Shown here: positions 60,088 to 64,000 of the stretch, piece by piece | Position numbering within the stretch: the first letter of the stretch is position 1 | How the letters are laid out: the number at the start of each line of letters is the position of its first letter | NCBI GenBank assembly: GCA_004431415.1 | Contig: QPMI01000449.1 | Span: forward strand, 62,001-126,000 | From: Cyanophora paradoxa CCMP329 | Taxonomy: Eukaryota > Plantae > Glaucophyta | DNA length: 64,000 nt | Direction of reading: 5' to 3' | Made by a program: the position numbers and the translations under genes | Notes under the pieces: model-generated | What the model saw: only the letters and a program-made list of their open reading frames with translations | What the model was told of the DNA's origin: nothing | The model's database searches: none

Positions 60088-61396
60088 GAGGGCGGGCAGC
60101 TGCAGCCGCCGGGCGGCTGGCGCGAAGCTTGGAGCCTAGTCGGCATCCTGCGGCTCGGGCTTCTTTCTTTATCGTGGATTCCGTTTATGCATTCATATGC
60201 CATGTATGTGATCATGATCAGTTTCTCTGTTACTCTGCGTCGTGTTCGTGGTATCTCAGTATGCATCTCTTTTTGATTTTGGTGTCTTTGCTTTCAAGCA
60301 TTTTAGCCGATTATCTCGACGGCTGTTGCGTCGCTCCAGGCCTGCGTATGCAGCTGCACTCTGCTCGGCTAGCGCTAGCGCTTACAGTGCCAGCGTTTTC
60401 AAGTTTCTCACAGAGCAGTCAAGTCTTAATGCATAGGATATTCAGGCGTTTCAAGTAGTGCGCGCGAAATCGCCGCGAATTCCTTATAAATAATTATACG
60501 AAGGTCTTCGACGCGTACGCAGCAGTCACACAGAACGACGATCGCGAGGAGCACGCGGCCCGGCCGGGGGCTGGGGACGCACTGCGGCATGCGCATGCGT
60601 ATGCGCAGCCGGTGCGCTCGACGCCATGCATATGCCATGATGCCAGCAAATTAAATTCCGCAATTCCGCAAGCGTGTTCAACGGATGCTACTAACTTGCT
60701 AGCGAGCTCAGCGGCTTCAAGGGCTTGAGAAGCGCGAAGCGAATTCGAATTTCGAATTCGAAGCGCTATAGCTAGCCGCTGTCACCCGCTGTGCGTTTTT
60801 TTTTTGGTGAATTACCGCCCCAATTTACCGGCCACAGCCTCTAGTCTACTCCAGCACTGTGGGGGCGTATATACAGGCAAGGCTGAGCGTTGGGCCGGCG
60901 CCGCCGACTCGGCGACTCGCGTATATTACGTATACGTAATAACGAAGTCGAAGTTGGTTTTGAATTCCTATACCCGGCCCGAGTCGTCGCCCAATCGACG
61001 GCGGCGTCGGCGGGAACGAACCGGGTACCCTCGCTCTGCTTGAACTGCTGTCGTCTGCTTCGCCTATAGCTAGGCCTGAATCAGAGGCTGCATCGATATC
61101 AGCGTGCATGCGCGCCTCGCTAGCGCTGGCAGAGAGAGCTGCGACGTCTGGCGAGCTCGTCGAGTCGACCGTCGGACGTCGACAGCGACTTGGCAACGTT
61201 AACGCTGATCGCTGATACGTATGTACGAGCGTCGCGACTGCTGAGCTCGAGGTCACTTTATTCTTAGAATTAGAGCTGGTAGAGTCAACTAGGGGCACGC
61301 GCACATCTGCAGCGTCGACGTCAACGGAGCTGCAGCCGCGGCTAGCGCTGCAGGCACCGCAGGCGCGGCCGCCGGCCTCCATATGCATGCCCGCCT

Positions 61397-64000
61397 ATGG
61401 AGCTTTCGCTCCGCTTTTGCCCGGCGTGCGCTCTGGCCTGGAGCTGCGCGGCTAATCTTATCCTGGCCCATCTCACATGCACGTCAACGTCCAGGTCGGT
61501 CGTGAGGCACGCGGCGCGCGTGCGACGGCAGCAGGAACGGGCCCGGGCGGCCGCATCTGCGGATATCGATACGCATGCGGCGCTGCAGCGCGACCGTGAG
61601 AGCGCAGCCCGAGGGATCCAGCTGCAGGCGACCCGCACGACCGAACCAAGGGCGCTCGGCGGTGCCGCAGGGGCCAGCGCCGTCCGAGGCGTCATCGCCA
61701 TGTGCGCCCGCGCGCTCACATTGCGCACAATGGGACCGCCGGATAGACCGCCGGGCGCTGTAAGATGCTTGAGCATCAGCGCACTCTCTTAAGCTTTTAG
61801 TTTGCGGAGCGCCGCGAGTGCTTTTGCCGCGCCTCGAGCGCTGACCGCCGCGCGCCCGCACCTCCCGCTTGCCTCGCGGCCGTCGCCCCTCAGTCTGGAC
61901 ATCACCGGTGCAGCCCCGCTCCAGCCCTCGCAGCCCAGAAGCGCCCTGGATTTGACTCCGCCCTGGTCCGTGCGCAGGCTTCTCTGGTGCCGCGCCGACC
62001 CCCGCACGCGGCGGCAGCGACCCAGCTCTTCCCTCAGGCTCACCTCGGGCCGGGCCCGCGGCCTCGCGCGTGCAGGTCTCTGCGAGAAGGCCGCGACCAA
62101 CGACCAACTGATCGAGGAGCTGTGCAAGATCATCAACGGCGCATTCAGGCGAGGACTCGCACCCGCCGACCCGCGTACCCCTGCTGAGCGCGCTCCCGTA
62201 CCCCAGCAAGGAGATCGAAGTCGTCGAGAAGTACGGCGGCGAGGTCCTCTGCTTCCTGGTACCCCCCCTTTCGCCGCAGCATTTCATGTATCCCCCACTG
62301 GGCCACGCTGACTCCCGGCGGTCGCAGGGCGACGGTAGCTTCAGGGGGCGGGAGGGGGGGTAGGGTCGCCCCCGCGCGCTGCTAAGCCGCCCCGCTTCAG
62401 GCCTGCTGGTGTTCTGGCCAGACCTGGGCGGCGGCGAGGGCGGGGGTCCAGAGACGAGGGGGCATGCCCCGCCTGAGACTGGCAACCGGGGGGCGACTCC
62501 CGTCCCAGGCCCCGGCCTCGGGTCCGTCTAATCCCGACCTTAATCACGAGCCTGTACATGTGCAAGGGCCGTTGCGAATTCGAACTGGTCCGCCCGTCTG
62601 CAGGACGCAGGGTCCGCGTAGCCCCCCCGACCTTCATATGGCCTCCCGCGCGGCCGCTGCCGTCCTGTGCGCCCTCGAGATCCAGGAGGCGAGTACCCCC
62701 CGGGCTCACCCCCCCCCCCCAAATCTCCCGGCCGCTCAGCAGTGCTTCGCTTCGTTCGCACGCACAGGTCTTCTCGGAGGCGTGCACCGGGATGGGCGCT
62801 TCAGATCTGAGGCTCCGCGTCGCGGTCGCAGGTGCGGGCGGCCCTCGCCCCTCGTTCGATCGCGAACGATCGCGACCCGCGCTCGAATCCGCAGCGGGCG
62901 AGTTCCAGGAGTACTTCTGCGGGATCGGGGGCGTTACGAGCGCCGGGGGGTATGCGGCGCGCGGGGAGAGCGCCCTAGTGGACGAGGGGGGGCGAGTCGT
63001 TCCGGGGTGCGCCCCGCCCCCTTTCTTCCCCCCCCCCCGGCACCCATTTTCGGCGCAGGCGCATGGTTCACTTCATCGCGGGGCCGGCGGTCGAGGAGGC
63101 GGGCGGTGCGTTCCCTGCTCCAAAAAAGAAACAAAAAGAAAGATAGAGAGAAGGGCCCCCTCGAAAGAGCGAAATTGATCTCATAGGAAAACATTTGATC
63201 CGCAGCGGCCCTGGGGGCGATCAAGACAGGCGAGGTCGCAGTGTGTGCCTCGGCCGCTACGCACCTGCTCGGGTCCCCGCTGGGGCCCGGCCCAGGGACC
63301 GGCCCGGGGTCCGCCTCCGGTCGCGATACCCCGGCTGGTTTGGAGGGCGTCACCGCGTACACCCCCGGGCCCTCCCCGTCCGCCAAGGCGATCCCCTCGC
63401 GCAAGTTCAGCTTCCGATTGGATCCGCTGCGGTACCCCCGGGCCCTTCTTCCCCCCATAATAAAAGAAAAGTATGTAAGCCCCGCGCAGGCCCGTCGCGG
63501 TCCCTGTACCCGTTATGGGGCCCGCGCACGTGGTCGCCCCCCCATCGGTTCGGGGCCCCCTGGAGCGCTGGGCCAAACAGCTGCCCCCCGCCGCCGCCGG
63601 TGCGCACGGGTTACCCCCCCCTCGCCCCCCCTCCCCCCCCCTCATCCCCTGATGAAACGATGTGCTCCCCCCCCCCCCCCCCGGACAGCGCCGATGGACC
63701 CCGGGGAGTTGGGGCCGGACGAGCAGGACGCGGTAGCCCTCTACGTGTGAGCGCGATCGCCCCGGATTCACGTAGCCCCCGCATCCCGAAATTCACGTAC
63801 CCCCGCCCGCAGGCCGTACACGGTCCGCGCTCGCTTTCGGGACATGCGCGAATGGGCGGCGCTCTCCGGCGTTCGCGAGTTCGATCCGTGCGGGCCCCCA
63901 TTTAGTTTCCCCCTCCCCCTCCCCGCCCACCATCTGACCTGCCCCCCCAGCACGCGATTCCTGAGCGAGTTCCGCGTCGTATCTGTACTGGTACCCGGCT
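61397..64000 (+). CDS. Second soluble adenylyl cyclase-like gene (C1 domain and start of C2); 3'-truncated by the window edge
   Basis: Spliced: RGVIAI|LDITG|FSG|LCEKAATNDQLIEELCKIINGAFS|KEIEVVEKYGGEVLCFL|GDG|LLVFWP ... AAVLCALEIQE ... LRLRVAV ... FIAGPAVEE ... AIKTGEVAVC ... FLSEFRVVSVL. Start approximate. Confidence 0.88.

Noticed and set aside
60846-61388. 180-aa minus-strand ORF
   Set aside because: Rich in palindromic filler with no recognisable domain; it lies in the likely upstream region of the second cyclase gene.
1-64000. tRNA, rRNA, snRNA genes and prokaryotic-type operons
   Set aside because: No cloverleaf, rRNA or Sm-site signatures were recognised, and all genes are intron-rich eukaryotic genes.

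Overview
GC-rich eukaryotic nuclear DNA with dense short spliceosomal introns, many of them GC-AG, so the six-frame ORF track is mostly uninformative and the genes were spliced by eye. The intron style and an MF-starting, transit-peptide-like N-terminus suggest an alga, possibly a glaucophyte such as Cyanophora (inference only). Genes in order: (1) a 5'-truncated soluble-adenylyl-cyclase-like class III cyclase + STAND P-loop + helical tail (1-11364 +); (2) a gene-free stretch with a 2.2-kb TSD-flanked, A-tailed, VNTR-containing retroposon and a TA-flanked MITE candidate; (3) a large single-pass receptor with signal peptide, three tandem Cys-rich Kelch-like modules, (Ser-Pro)n stalk, GSVIV motif, TM helix and a cytoplasmic TIR domain that keeps the catalytic Glu (18192-28507 +), which is the most striking item; (4) a class I SAM methyltransferase; (5) a probably plastid-targeted protein made of six copies of an unrecognised helical module (-), head-to-head only 43 bp from (6) a Rubisco-LSMT/SETD3-like SET protein; (7) a PP2-A10-like protein; (8) a small orphan with PKA-type sites; (9) a protein with a degenerate PIN-like domain; (10) a PNRC/Edc1-like decapping activator; (11) a JmjC oxygenase; (12) a second sAC-like cyclase whose catalytic Asp residues lie on 14-nt and 7-nt micro-exons (3'-truncated). 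Non-coding DNA carries filler built from overlapping 4-bp palindromes, and exon-end/splice-donor sequences are repeatedly copied into the downstream intron. Gene boundaries, especially starts, are approximate.
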